Below, piece after piece: positions 25,625-37,487 of a DNA stretch of 64,000 nucleotides. This DNA is from Lepidodermella squamata (Eukaryota; Animalia; Gastrotricha): assembly GCA_047495785.1 (NCBI GenBank), contig JBLDXI010000012.1:372001-436000 (forward strand), written 5' to 3'. The notes below the pieces were generated by a model, which worked only from the letters and a program-made list of their open reading frames with translations, was not told where the DNA came from and did not search any database. Every line of letters begins with the position of its first letter. The stretch's first letter is position 1. Made by a program: the position numbers and the translations under genes.

Positions 25625-26086
25625 CTTCGAAAAATTCGGTTTATCAATAAAATAAACCTAGAGATAATTTCGGACTGTTATATCTCATGCCCAGCAATTT
25701 TTAAGGATTTTATTCGGAGCTTTTGGTGGGGTGATCGTGAAGTGAGCTGGTCGCTCAGCACTTTACTGCCATGTGTTTATTACCTCGGAACATTAATGCA
25801 GGTTGGGTAATTGATTGTGTTTCACACTCAAGATAAACGTCAACTGCATCGTATTATCCACCGACGCATATAGTCCTATATAGCAGATAACGTGAAAGAT
25901 AAAACCGTTCCCGCCACGGTCTACGGGCCCTGATTTTCGCGGCCAGATTTCTCAAAGATAAAACATTTCAGGAGCTAGCACTGAACCAAAATATTATTCA
26001 TTTACGGTCACAACATGTCTCGCTATTAATAACTTCAAGCGTTTTATGAAAAAACAATTTCAAAGCGATCCTAGTGTTACAATCAA

Positions 26087-27028
26087 TTAGTACAAAAGGT
26101 TTATGCCTCGAATACCGCCGACAGATTGGCACATCATATAGCGCACTATATTCACAAAGTAGTTGAGTTGCTGAGGCTCGTCGACGATTATAACGTTTTT
26201 TTGAATGTAGGACCGAGCCACGGATGACGCCGACCATCCACCGCCGATGTCTAGAATTAGGGCAGAGTTCGGGGATGGGAACAGTTCAGGTCTAGTTGCC
26301 TGAGTACCATCTGTTAAAACGACGGTAAATGCCGTCACGAGTTCCGCCGGTTTCGAAGTTGGCAAGCGAATAGGAATGCCGGCAGCTCGGGCCTTCAAAG
26401 TTCGCGATGTAATCTTAGGCAGCTGAGAACCTCGAGGGTCAAAATCTTCAGCCTCCATTCCAGAAACTGCCGAGCCTGATGAAGTGTGGAAAAAGCTCTG
26501 AATCGAAGCTCCTATCCCTTGGAAAAAACTGACAAATGCATTCGGCTGTTGCGTCGTAGTAATCGGCTGAGTTTCATCGTATGTCACAGTACTTTCGTTC
26601 AGGTAAAATTTTGTCTTGCCATCCAGAATTACCGAGTATAACTAGCGTAAAATAAAAATTATTCAGTCTTTTCGGTTATCAGATTTTCAAACCTTGAGGG
26701 CGTCCATATCCATTTGAACTTCCCTAATGAAGTCTCGAAGATAGTCGATAAAAATCGGGCCGAACCAACGGCCGAAAAATCTGCCGATAGCCGTAGTATG
26801 TTGAGTATTTTGAACATGCTCGTTTTCTTGAGGATTCGGCGCAATGTCGATTAAAATGTCGAAGCTAGTTGTTTGATTTGCTCCGAGAATGCAACTACGA
26901 ACTAAATTGTTAATGGCCAAGTTTCCTGAGCCATCATTGGATAGAAACGCCCGTGTTGTTGTAGGCCCAGCTTCAATCAGACCAACAATAACGAGAAGCA
27001 CTGAAAACAAACATACAATATATTTCAT
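26087..27028 (-). CDS. Secreted degenerate vWA-like protein, family member B
   Basis: Signal peptide; SCI...SFDILIDI, LYSVILDG..FYLN, LPTSKP...FTVVLTDG, LILDIGGG, VRYMMCQSVGG; one intron. Confidence 0.8.
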
Positions 27029-27348
27029 CTCGAAGTCTTTCAGGGCGACTCATTGTTAAAAAAGCTTTTCGCTCGTTCAAGACAAAAGCTGGGTGACTCA
27101 CTGCTTTATCGTTTTCTATGGAATGTGTTTTTGTGTAACGTGGGGGCGAATTTCATTATAAAGTATTTCATATTATGGCAAACTGTGTAGTCAACTGCTT
27201 TGAAGTTTTTGAAAGTTACACTCAGTACTCATTATTTTCTGACCTTGAGTAAGTATAACTATATCAATTGCAAGGGGATTTATTGGAAATTTCGAAGGAC
27301 AATTGTTTCATTAGGGGAATCCAAGGATGTTACATTTGAATGAACCTA

Positions 27349-28361
27349 TTACAGATCTTGCTGTTTGGTTTGAAGTCCTTTCAATGCTTGGCACATCATA
27401 AATCGAGTGATCTGCAAAAACCGCGCCAGATCTTGAGGATATTCGACAATCAGTACATTGTGAGCCGTGTAGCCCGGATTCGCCATCGACCAGAACCCGC
27501 CCAGGTCAAGAATTACGCTAGAATTCGACTGCGGGTACCAACCTGGAGTCGTTCCTTGACTACCGTCGGTAATAACCACGGTAAAGTCCGACGTGACATC
27601 CTTGCTCGTTGGCAAATTGATCGGATAGCCTTGCAATCGGCCCTCTAACAACTTTCGAGTCAACTTGGCTAAACGTGTCGACGACTTCAAATCAGGCCAG
27701 GTGTCATCCTCGAGAGGTGAAGCAGACTGAACGGTGTTAGTAAGAGCGTCCGCGAACATTCCCGCAACTTCATTGCCAAAATTGAAGAAAGCATGCAACA
27801 GGCCAAGATGCAGCTGGGCTGGTCGAGTTGTTGTCGTCGTAGTTGTAGTCGTAGTCGTAGTTCGATCTAAAACAGCCTGAGATGAAGCATTTAGGTAATA
27901 GATTCGCTCATCGTCGAGGATCCCTATGAAAAGCTGTAAAATAAACAGAAAATTAGGTCTTAATTTTATTTTTATTCGATTATTTTTGCCTTCTCGGGGC
28001 TACTCAAGTGATTTTCGATTTCTGCGACAAACAGCGCGATGTATTCGTGGGTGAATAAAGGATCCGCGTTGAAGACTCGACCGGCCGGCGTCGCTGGGAA
28101 AGTAGGTCGAACGTATTGCCGGTTCGATCCAGGGTAGTAAGGGCTCTTCAGCGGATTCCTCGCCACGTCAATAAGGATGTCAAATGAAGTGCCGTTAGCA
28201 GCGGTGGACAAGCACGTCTTAATTACATCGCGAATCGAAGTCGCTGCCGGCTCGTTGTGGCCACCTTTGGCCGAGGCGGTATTGTTTTCACTGGCAGCAG
28301 TAACCGCTGTACCGGCTAATACGAACACTAAAATCGAGACCTGTAAAGCCGCCGATCGCAT
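27349..28361 (-). CDS. Secreted degenerate vWA-like protein, family member C (GC-AG intron)
   Basis: Signal peptide; TCL...SFDILIDV, YYLN, Thr run, FTVVITDG, VILDLGG, TRFMMCQ. Intron 27934-27989 begins with GC at the position of the GT introns in paralogs B and D. Confidence 0.78.
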
Positions 28362-28629
28362 ATTATTAGGAGGAGGAGGAAAATAATAACCCTGACAATA
28401 GGATGAACACCTGCTTCAGGCTTTATTAATAAGTAACATCAGCAAAGACAAAAAACCATAAGAACTCGGGTTGGAAAAAAGAATATATAGGTATAATCCA
28501 TTGTTGGTCTAGACTGCTGTGTTTGCGAGGCTGTCATTCAAGCGAAACCAGGGGCTGTAACGTTATACGTGGGCAAAAAGTAACCTGTCCAGCTATTTGA
28601 CATAAGCGGGAGATTTGAAAATAAAAAAC

Positions 28630-29572
28630 CTAGGCCGCATTGATGCCGCCTAGAGATTGGCACATCATGTAGTGAACTGTGCCGACGAAATCATCTAAAT
28701 CCTGCGGCTGATCTACGAGCAAGACGTTTCGATAAGTGTAGCTTTTAGCAGCTGCCGATCCCGACCAGCCGCCGCCGATGTCAAGGATAACTGAAGACTC
28801 CTTAGCAGGGTACAAACTAAGAGGAGAATTTTGAGTGCCATCGGTGATCACAACCGTGAAGGGGGTGACGAAATCTGCCGGTTTTTTGTTCGGCAGGAAT
28901 AGAGCTTTACTGGCAGCTCTAGCTTTCAGAGCTCTTGCGGTGATTTTAGGAAGATTCGCTCCCTTTGGATCGATCTCATCCGGATCTGGTCCAGCCAATT
29001 GTTGGCCGGATGGCTGACGGGGTATCAATCTACCGATCGCAGATCCGATACCGCTGAAGAAGCTTGAAATCTTGCTTGGCTTTTCAGTCGTTGTAGTCGA
29101 TGAGCCGTCGAGTGACTGGACAGAATCAAATGATGTCGTAGATTCATTCAAGTAGTAATATGAAGATCCGTCAAGAATAACAGAGTAGACCTAAACCAGA
29201 TAGTTCTGTGGAAGTTCTCGATAGAAATGATTGAAAATCTACCTTAACGAGTGAATCCTCGTTCTTTTGAACATTTGCAACAAATTTCTTGACGTAGTCG
29301 ATGAAAATCGGGCCGAAGTACTTGCCAAAAAAGCGGCCGATCGAAGTGGAATGCTGAACACTCTGAACTTGCTCGTTGGTTTGCGGGTTCTGAGCTATGT
29401 CTATCAAAATGTCAAAGGAGACGGAACTGTTAGCTGCCATTAGGCAGTCGTGAATTAAATCATCGGTCTGTGGGCTTGGCGTAGTCGTTGTAGTAGGGCT
29501 TTTTGTCGTCGCATCCCTTGCGCTAGCGGCAAAACCAGTGAAGCACAGCACTGCTAAACTTAATCGCAACAT
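28630..29572 (-). CDS. Secreted degenerate vWA-like protein, family member D (closest to B)
   Basis: MLRLSLAVLCFTGFAASA; DCL...SFDILIDI, IGRFFGKYFGPIFIDY, FTVVITDG, VILDIGGGW, VHYMMCQSLGG. Confidence 0.8.
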
Positions 29573-29966
29573 AACTTTTCTTGGAGGGAACCAGAATTTT
29601 CCGTGAGTTAAATGCTGAATGTTGTTGAAAAACACTACTAAAACTACTTCTTGGCTTTGAAACAAAAATGCAGTGACGCATTCACCCAGATTACAGCGAG
29701 CACGTTTTATTTGTCTGTACAAGATGAAAAACTAGTCAACACGACGAGGTTAACAATAGGACGAGGGTGTTTTCATATTTTGAACGACAGGTGACAGAGT
29801 TGTTGAAAAAATACAGTTTAAACATTCAACATTCAATCTGCGTGTTTAGTTCTTTTTCAAGAAACAATGCACATTCCGATATACCGGCACGTGAATTGAA
29901 GGAATTATGTTTGATTGAAGGAAAACGTCAGTTTCTCGAGGGCTTAGAGATCCTCCTGTAGGCACT

Positions 29967-30574
29967 TCAAAGGCGACCAGCAGCAAAGGCGGAGTCCATA
30001 TCGAAGGTCTGGCTTGGCTGCTGCTGAGGGCGAGGCCGCATGAGGTATTGTTGCTGGGCGCGGGCAGCCTGGCTGGCATCGGCAGATCCGGATTGCTGGC
30101 GCAGAGCTGCGGCTTGCTGCTGCTGATAATACTGAGCGTACTGCTGTTGCTGGGCACGAGACGGTGATGGCGCTTCGCCGGCCTGCTGCTGCTGCTGAAG
30201 TTGGCGGTAGGCGGCCGCGTACTGCGGTTGCTGCTGCTGACGAGCTGCTGAGCCGCTGGCCAAGTAGTACTGCTGGGCAGCCGCTTGGGCTGATTGACGT
30301 TGTGGTGCCTGTTGTTGCTGTTGTTGCTGCTGCTGCTGAGCGTGAACCCAAGCTGGTTGCGAGTTTAGGTTGAAGGTTGGCTGTTCAGAAGGTCTCGGGC
30401 GGCGCTGAGGTGGTTGCTGAGCGTTGATCGCGGCAGCGGCAACTTCATCGGCGTCCTGGCTGAAAGCTGATTAAAATTCAAAATGTTGGATATATTAATA
30501 TGAGTGAGAGGTCAAAATTGTGTCATACCTGGGGCAACCAACTGAATGGCGAAAATGACAACGGCGAATTTCAT
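29967..30574 (-). CDS. Secreted Gln/Ala/Tyr-rich low-complexity protein (2 exons)
   Basis: MKFAVVIFAIQLVAP|AFSQ signal peptide split by a phase-1 intron; poly-Q tracts with QYY/QYAQYY; ends TFDMDSAFAAGRL*. Confidence 0.78.
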
Positions 30575-31236
30575 GATGGCGAGGTCTCAGATGTTTCTTC
30601 CCTAATATTTTAAGAAGCTAAAGCAGTGTGCCGCACGGTGGCAATTGCCAGGGCTTAAATAGCCATGACCGGCCCGTATTATTAGACCCCCGGCTATCGC
30701 GCAGCATCTCTTCTCCACTTCAAGACAAACAAAATATTGACACAGGTCTACTTTCAAGCATCGTAATATCCGCCAACAAAAAACACACCGGATAAATATT
30801 TATCATACATCACCCGAGAAAAAAATGGCCTTGCCGTGTGTTAAGAGGTCACGCCGGTGCTTGGAAAAAACTAGTTTGGTCTGGAAAGAGATTAACCCAA
30901 CATGCATTAAATTGCCTTAATTAATTCAAAGCAGTTCGAAAATTGACATAAAAAATCTCGGCAAAAGGTTATTTGGCCAGAATTCCTCCTTTTACAATGA
31001 GATCTCCATAATAATTGATCACTTAAATTTGATTCAGCTTCATCTTTTCGCGATAGCTCATTACGAGACTTCATAGCCTATAACGCTTCATTGTTCCTCG
31101 AATCGTTTTATTAAATCAAAGACAAAAGAATTGCGAAAGAATGAAGATTTGTTTTGTGGGCAGGTAGAGGTACAAGAATTAGGAAAAATGACGAAAAATT
31201 GCTTGAGAACTTGGAAATAATTGAAACCATGCGATG

Positions 31237-31974
31237 TTAATTCGATTTCACGGCAGCAACTTTGGTATCAGCAGCAGCAGCCGAACGGGGCCTGTTGTAG
31301 TACGAGTTGTAGTAGCCGTTCGAGAAACTTCCTCCCGGGCCGAACAACTGCTGGTTGATGATGTTACGCCAGTAAGCCTGGTATGCCGGATCGTTGTAGT
31401 TGCTGTTAACCGGGTATTGGCCGCTTGAAGGATACGACCCTGATGTAGGGTACGTGTTAGGATATGTGTTCGGGTATGTGTTCGGGTACGTGTTCGGGTA
31501 ATTGTTCGGGTACGTGTTTGGGTAGTTATTCGGATAGGTATTCGGATAGGTGTTCGGATAGGTGTTCGCATTGGTGTTCGGGTAAGTGTTCGGATAGTTG
31601 TTCGGGTACGTGTTGGGATACGAGTTCGGATAACTGTTGGGGTAGTTATTGGTTGGGTAATTGTTGGGGTAGTATTGCTGCTGTCCCATGTTGTTCGGAT
31701 AAGTCTGAGCAGACGGATTGCCAGGTTGGACGCCTGGCGGAAATAGATTCGCCGGGATGTTACTGGGAGCAAAACCGCCTGGCCCGTTGAAAATCGTCGA
31801 TGGCTGCTGATTGTTGTTCGGGTATGTATTCGGTTGCCCGTTGTAAGTGTATTCTGTATTACGAATTAATTATGAACGAAATTAAAGTGATGATGGCCTT
31901 GATGATTACTCACGTCCGAGAGCTTGAGCTGTGAACACAGCCATGGTGAAGGCGCAAGTTGCAACGAGATGCAT
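31237..31974 (-). CDS. Secreted Tyr-Pro-Asn repeat protein (2 exons)
   Basis: MHLVATCAFTMAVFTAQALG signal peptide, intron, then QYTYNGQPNTYPNN..., tandem YPN[T/N/S] and a Tyr/Asn-rich tail. Confidence 0.82.
31453..31671 (-). repeat. Coding 12-bp tandem repeat (16 YPN[T/N/S] units with two variant units)
   Basis: Units such as TACCCGAACACG/TATCCGAACACC vary mainly at synonymous positions. Confidence 0.9.
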
Positions 31975-33011
31975 TTTCTCTCCGCAAGTCAGCAAGAATA
32001 CAAGACTTATTATTGTTATGCACCGACTGGTAAAAATGTCGCTATTTTTCAAGACAGATCTTTGTTTTTATACGGTGACACCACCTCCTCAATTTTAGCT
32101 TTTGTCAATAACGCTTTTGCCGAGCATTACCGTATATATAGGGCGCGTGTCTTGTACATGTTTTTAGGCATCGTGACTTGTGGATTCGGTCATCTTTGAC
32201 ATCGTACATCGCAGTTTTTGCTATACGAGTGCAGGCCTGTGAGAAACAGACTGAAGTAACGCTACTTCATTATTACCCTCCTTTATTCAAGAGTATAGTG
32301 TCTAGTATTTTATTTAAACACTAGCCACGGTTCTCGTGCTATCTCTTTTTACAGTCGAGAAAATCCTACATGAGCATGGCGTAATATTTGCTCAAGTACT
32401 TGTATTTTGTTATAGAAATCCTCTGCAGCGACAACCGGCGGCGTCATTGCCGCTATATTAAGACGTTAACGCGCAAAGAATCGCGCCATGATACACGGGC
32501 GCGCGGTGACTTTTTTCGTGGTTACATCTGCTCGTTAACTTGGTCGTGTCTATTTACGCTCGGAATCTATGACAAGAGCGGTGTAGGCGGAACAAGCGAT
32601 CAATGGAGCGTGACGAAGGCGGAAGGCGCAACTCATCATCGTAGGCGTCCGGCAAAAAACAGCCGTATACCATTTCACCGCCTCGCCGCTCTGCCGATGA
32701 AGAACAAAGCATTTGCACCTAATTTCAGCTTAACTATAACGCGCCAGTGCCCCCTTAATGCCCTGAACGAAAATCTAATTGCTCGGTGCGTTCGGTGCGG
32801 AGCTTGTCCCTCATATCGCTTAGGACAGCCCAAGACAGCCGTTATACATATAGGCATGTGTTATATGGAATTTATTCATATTTTCAGGCGGAAAAGGATA
32901 CACCGAGAGATGGATAGTTTTTATGGATTGTCAGATAATTCAAGGTTCAAGTTGGCGATCGGTAGCTACCTTGATCGAATTGAGAGGGATGTCCTGCGTT
33001 TTCACTACCGG

Positions 33012-35196
33012 CTACCAAAAGCCCCTGGAACCTTGCTGCTGCGGCGGCGGATTTGGATAGACCATATTGTCTTGCCCATTTGCCTTGATAATAGTAACAG
33101 TTATAATTATTATTGAATTTAAATTTGCAAAGCAATCGAAAAAGGTCATACAGTCAATTGAGGTTGTGGTCCTGTTATACATATTCAAATAATTAAAAAA
33201 AATGCGATGGTCGACTCGGTAAAACACAAACTCTGAGGGCGGCTGGTGCTGTTCGAGTTTCCATTCTTACCATTGCCTTTAAATCATTTGCAAGTCGTTG
33301 AGAAGTCAATAATAATGTCAATTTCTACGAACCTGGCGGACGTCCATTGAAATTGTCCATGCCACCGAAGGAATTGCCTGAAGAACCAGAGTTGCCTGAG
33401 AATTGCGGGGGTTGATCTTCTCAGCAACATTTCAAATGAAGTAAAATTCAATTTACGAAGGGACTCTTAGTTTACTTGGTCTGCCGGATTGAGATGAACT
33501 TGGTCCACCCATGCCCATACCGCCTAGGCGACTCGGAATGTATTTTGGCATAGAGATTCTTGCGCAATTTTAGTACCTGACATTGGTGGGCCGCCTGGAA
33601 AAGCATTGATGTTGAAAATTATATATATTAGTCTTAGTAATGGTAATTTTACCTTGCGGGCGTTGATCGTTGGTAATCCTGCCACTGCCTGTATATGAGA
33701 AATTCCTTTTCAGATTTAGAATTGTATCAGTTATTGCGTTTATAACCTTGTGGAGGATTTTGCTGATTATTTTGTGGAGGACCTGAGAATACAAAATAAA
33801 TAATAAATGCGTATGAGTACTTCTTTGATTGAGTCCTTACCAGGACGAGACTGCGGGGCGCTGCTGCCTTGCATATTCCCCCCAAACTGAGAAGGTCTGT
33901 CGCTATTGCCGTTAAAATTGCCGCCTTGTGGAAGACGTTGTTGTTGGCTGGCACCTTCAAAATAAAATTGGAGAAAAATTAGCACCTGAGGCGGGCTTGT
34001 GGAGATCAGCAAAAAACGACAGCCCATAAATCCCTCTTGAATGATCATCAAATTCATCAAATCGTCCAAGAAGATTTGTAAATTAGAAAAATAATGCCGG
34101 CTATAAGCTGCTCGAGACAATACCATTGCTGTTTATATGCATCAGATATACTAGATATCACGTCAGGGCCATAATTTTCTGCATATTCCGAATAATATTC
34201 ATGATATTATATTTGAAATTGATATCAAGCCTGGCGAATTAAACATCCAAAAAGTGAATGAAATGTACCTGGTGTGCGAAATTGCTGGTTGTTGCTAAAT
34301 CCGAAGCCCTGTGCACCACCGGGCTGCTTTTGGTTGAAACTCCACGGCTCTTCACCTAAAATACAAACATTAGTTGCCTTGAAAATGGCGAGAAATCATC
34401 ACAATCCAATACCCATTGGAGGAAAGCCACCGTCGCCTTCCATATCTTGTCGAAAAAGAGAGGATATAATATGTTGTCGCTGAAGCTTGAAATGTTTCAT
34501 ACCATTCATACCATTTGGCGGAGGGGGAGGATTGCCACCTTTGTTGAAGGCGAATAAATGAAATTAATAAACTTTAGCGAAGAACTTCATCACTGCATAC
34601 CACCGCTTCCCATGCCGCTTCCGGTTCCAACGCTTCCCCTGCTGGATTGGGGAGGGCCACCAGCACCCCCGGGGCCCCACTGCATCCCATTATTACCTAA
34701 ATTTCACGCATTAGCGGCCTAAAATATGGCGATGAAGAACCATTCAATACCACCCGTTGAAGAAAAGCTATCGCCACCGTTGTTAGGAACACGGCTAGCC
34801 GTTTGCGTCGGCCGACCCTGAGGTGGGCCACCAGACCCTGCCATGCCACTGCTGGATTGAGCACGACCTGGTCAGAATGAACAATTTTAGTTTTAGTTTC
34901 TTACTTTAATAAATCTGAATATTATATATGATGTATGAAGGATTATTCGGCTGAGTCCGATAACCTATATTTTCTAATGTTTTTCAAGTTGAAAAGTCAG
35001 AAATCCTCACCATTGCCGCCATTATTAGGCGGGGATTGTTGCGGAGGCTGGAACGACTGGTAGTTTGCCGGTGCTATAATATTAGTTGCGGTAACCGTAA
35101 GTTAAAATGAGTTAACTTGATGTCTTCAAACAACATACCTGCGCTGGCGGCCCATGCGCAGGCCCCTATCACCAAAATCAACTTCAACGAAATCAT
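33012..35196 (-). CDS. Secreted Gly/Pro/Asn/Gln/Ser-rich micro-exon protein (~16 exons)
   Basis: Exon 1 MISLKLILVIGACAWAASA. Exons 2-14 (18 to ~120 nt) are all phase 1-1 with GT-AG boundaries, e.g. GGPPMS, GPPQNNQQNPPQ, GGNPPPPPNGMN. The last exon is ANGQDNMVYPNPPPQQQGSRGFW*. Confidence 0.75.
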
Positions 35197-35760
35197 CAAT
35201 AATATAATCTATTAGTGAAAGGCAAAATTGTTCTAATACATCTTGGTCTTCAACGCACACGAGAATGAGCGAAATCGAAGACTGACTACCCTCCTCCCTG
35301 TTTTCAAACAAAGCCGTTCCGCATCATCAGTTACTTAATTACGGCACGAGGTGCGACTTCAAGATGATCACGCGTGACTGCCGTGGTCCAATCAAAGTGC
35401 GCAATTTTTTCTCTAAATAATGACTGAAGTGTTAAGGTGGAGATGTGACTTCGCCGACATTATTTACCCTGGCATTGAATCTGTATTCACTCTTAATTGA
35501 TCTCATTAGTCTAAGATATAGAGTTACGTGAGGTACATACACCTACGTGTATATAAAATAAACAGCACGACGTACTACTTCATCTCTGAATGGCCTTTAA
35601 CCTAAATGGCAGACGACAATGAAAATATTGATGACTCTTCTTCCAAGAAAAAGACGGGCATATATTTATTTACAAGACCGGGTAAATCAGTAGAAATTCT
35701 GAAACTCTCATGTCATAATATAGATTGTGAGAATTAATTAATGGTCGAATTTAGGTATTT

Positions 35761-36963
35761 CTAAATATGTTGCTGTCGATTGGTTGTTGGGTAGAAGGAC
35801 GAAGTAGCGTTTTTCGATGTTTGCCCGTCATCAGAAACACCACCCAAATGTTGGCAAACCATGTAGCGAGCTGTCGTCATTAGAGGGAACAGCATCTCAG
35901 GCGGGTGGGCGATGATCAGATTCGATTTCGTGTAGCCATTGGTCACATTAGCGTAGCCACCGCAAATATCGAAAATGACACTTGGTTCCGGTAGTTGGCT
36001 CGGAGTAGTCCGTTGGAACCCATCTGTTATCACTACTGTGAATAGAGTAGTCATCTTGTTTGGTCTCGTTGTCGGTAATTCTGCGAAAAAATCGAAGAAA
36101 ATTTAGATGAAAGGTTCAACCTAAGGTCTTACTAAGATCTCGACCGTTGAAAAAGTCAGCAGTAGCCAGCTTAACTTTTTGAGCCAACGCATTGATTTGG
36201 TATTGGCCATCCATGTGATGGAGCTTGTTCGCGGTTGCGTTGGCATGAACCTCCTGGGCTGCTTCATCAATTGCTATATAATGGCGATCAGTTCCGTTCC
36301 AAATGATCACTTGAACCCGCTGTAGGACAACATTCTCAGTTAAAACGTCAACGACTTCAGCCAGGTGCTTCGCAATAGTTATCGGAAGAAGTTCAGGCCG
36401 TTTCGGGTTACCTCCAAGCAGCTCAATCAACTCGCGTGATAAATTTTTCAGCTCATTAGGCGAAATATCTATCAGAACGTCAACTGTCTTGTCGGACGGT
36501 ATTTTCTCGAGGCATCTCGCTAGCTTGAGATCTACGTTGGAGGGTATGTCGTCTTCTTCCTCTTCAAGCTCATCCCAGTTGTTGCTAATCGCGTCAGTTT
36601 CGTTGTGAAGTATTTTTTCATCGGCTGCTGATCGTTTTCTTCTCGTCTGCTCGTCATCATCGTCATCCTCATCGGAGCTATCGTCATCATCATCATCGTC
36701 ATCATCTGTTACAAAGAAATGCAATATCAATGATCGATGGATTTAGTAATCTTACCATAATCCTCATCATCATCGTCATCTTCTTCGTAATCATTGGCGG
36801 ATCGGCGTTTCCTGTCTGACAGGCAGTCGGGTCCTACGTCGACATCTAGAGGCGAGAAATCGAGCGGAAATGCGCCCGGCTCCTCGATCGGGAAATCTTG
36901 CGCCCCAACTTTGTAGCCACTAAGGGCTAAGACCACCAGGCTGGCTAGTAGATACGAACGCAT
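35761..36963 (-). CDS. Secreted degenerate vWA-like protein, member E, with poly-Asp pro-region and two furin-type sites
   Basis: MRSYLLASLVVLALSG; RKRR|SA, poly-D, RRKR|SA; RCL...TVDVLIDISP, VQVIIWNG, LPTTRP...FTVVITDG, VIFDICGG, ARYMVCQHLGG. Confidence 0.8.
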
Positions 36964-37487
36964 CTCACCTATAATGTTTAGAGAAGAAACGAGAAGGCAC
37001 ACTGAGTCCAAAGATTATTTTGCAATGCCCGACAGGTTATTTACTCAGGGAGGACAATGGAGCTTGAAAGATTAAGAGCTCTTCAGAGGGTTCTTTCGGT
37101 TACATGTAGGTATATATTCTATCTGTAGCGGATTGTATTATGGATATGGTTCAAAAGTGAGATGCCTGGGATGCTGGCTATCACTCAATTCCATTCCTGG
37201 ATCTATCGGATTTTTGGAATTCGGTGCGAGTTTACTATAGCTATCTGGTACACTTCAGCTCTTCTTGAAATCGGCGATTATATTGATTCTTCTGTCCTAT
37301 ATGGCAGAGAGGGTCTGTGTGTTTCTTGTTTCTTGCCAAATTATGCGCCCTTTATTATCTCTTCATAAAAACGGACCACTTAGCATAATAATGCATGCAT
37401 TTCAGCCTTCTGGGTATGGTGTTTTTAAATAAAACCCAAGTCATCGGTAACTTTATAAAAAAAATGAGCACATTTTATTGGCAATAT

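Noticed and set aside
31248-31790. Alternative-frame ORFs over the YPN repeat (Thr/Arg-rich and Cys/Ser/Gly-rich)
   Set aside because: Shadow frames of the 12-bp repeat; only the YPN frame splices to a signal-peptide exon and shows synonymous variation.
32388-33116. 242-aa + strand ORF
   Set aside because: Non-ATG start, no recognisable motif, and overlaps the last exon of the micro-exon gene in antisense; probably a chance ORF in GC-richer intergenic DNA.
34003-34062. C/D snoRNA-like TGATGA...CTGA on the minus strand in a micro-exon gene intron
   Set aside because: Boxes are short and common, and I could not recognise an rRNA-complementary guide.
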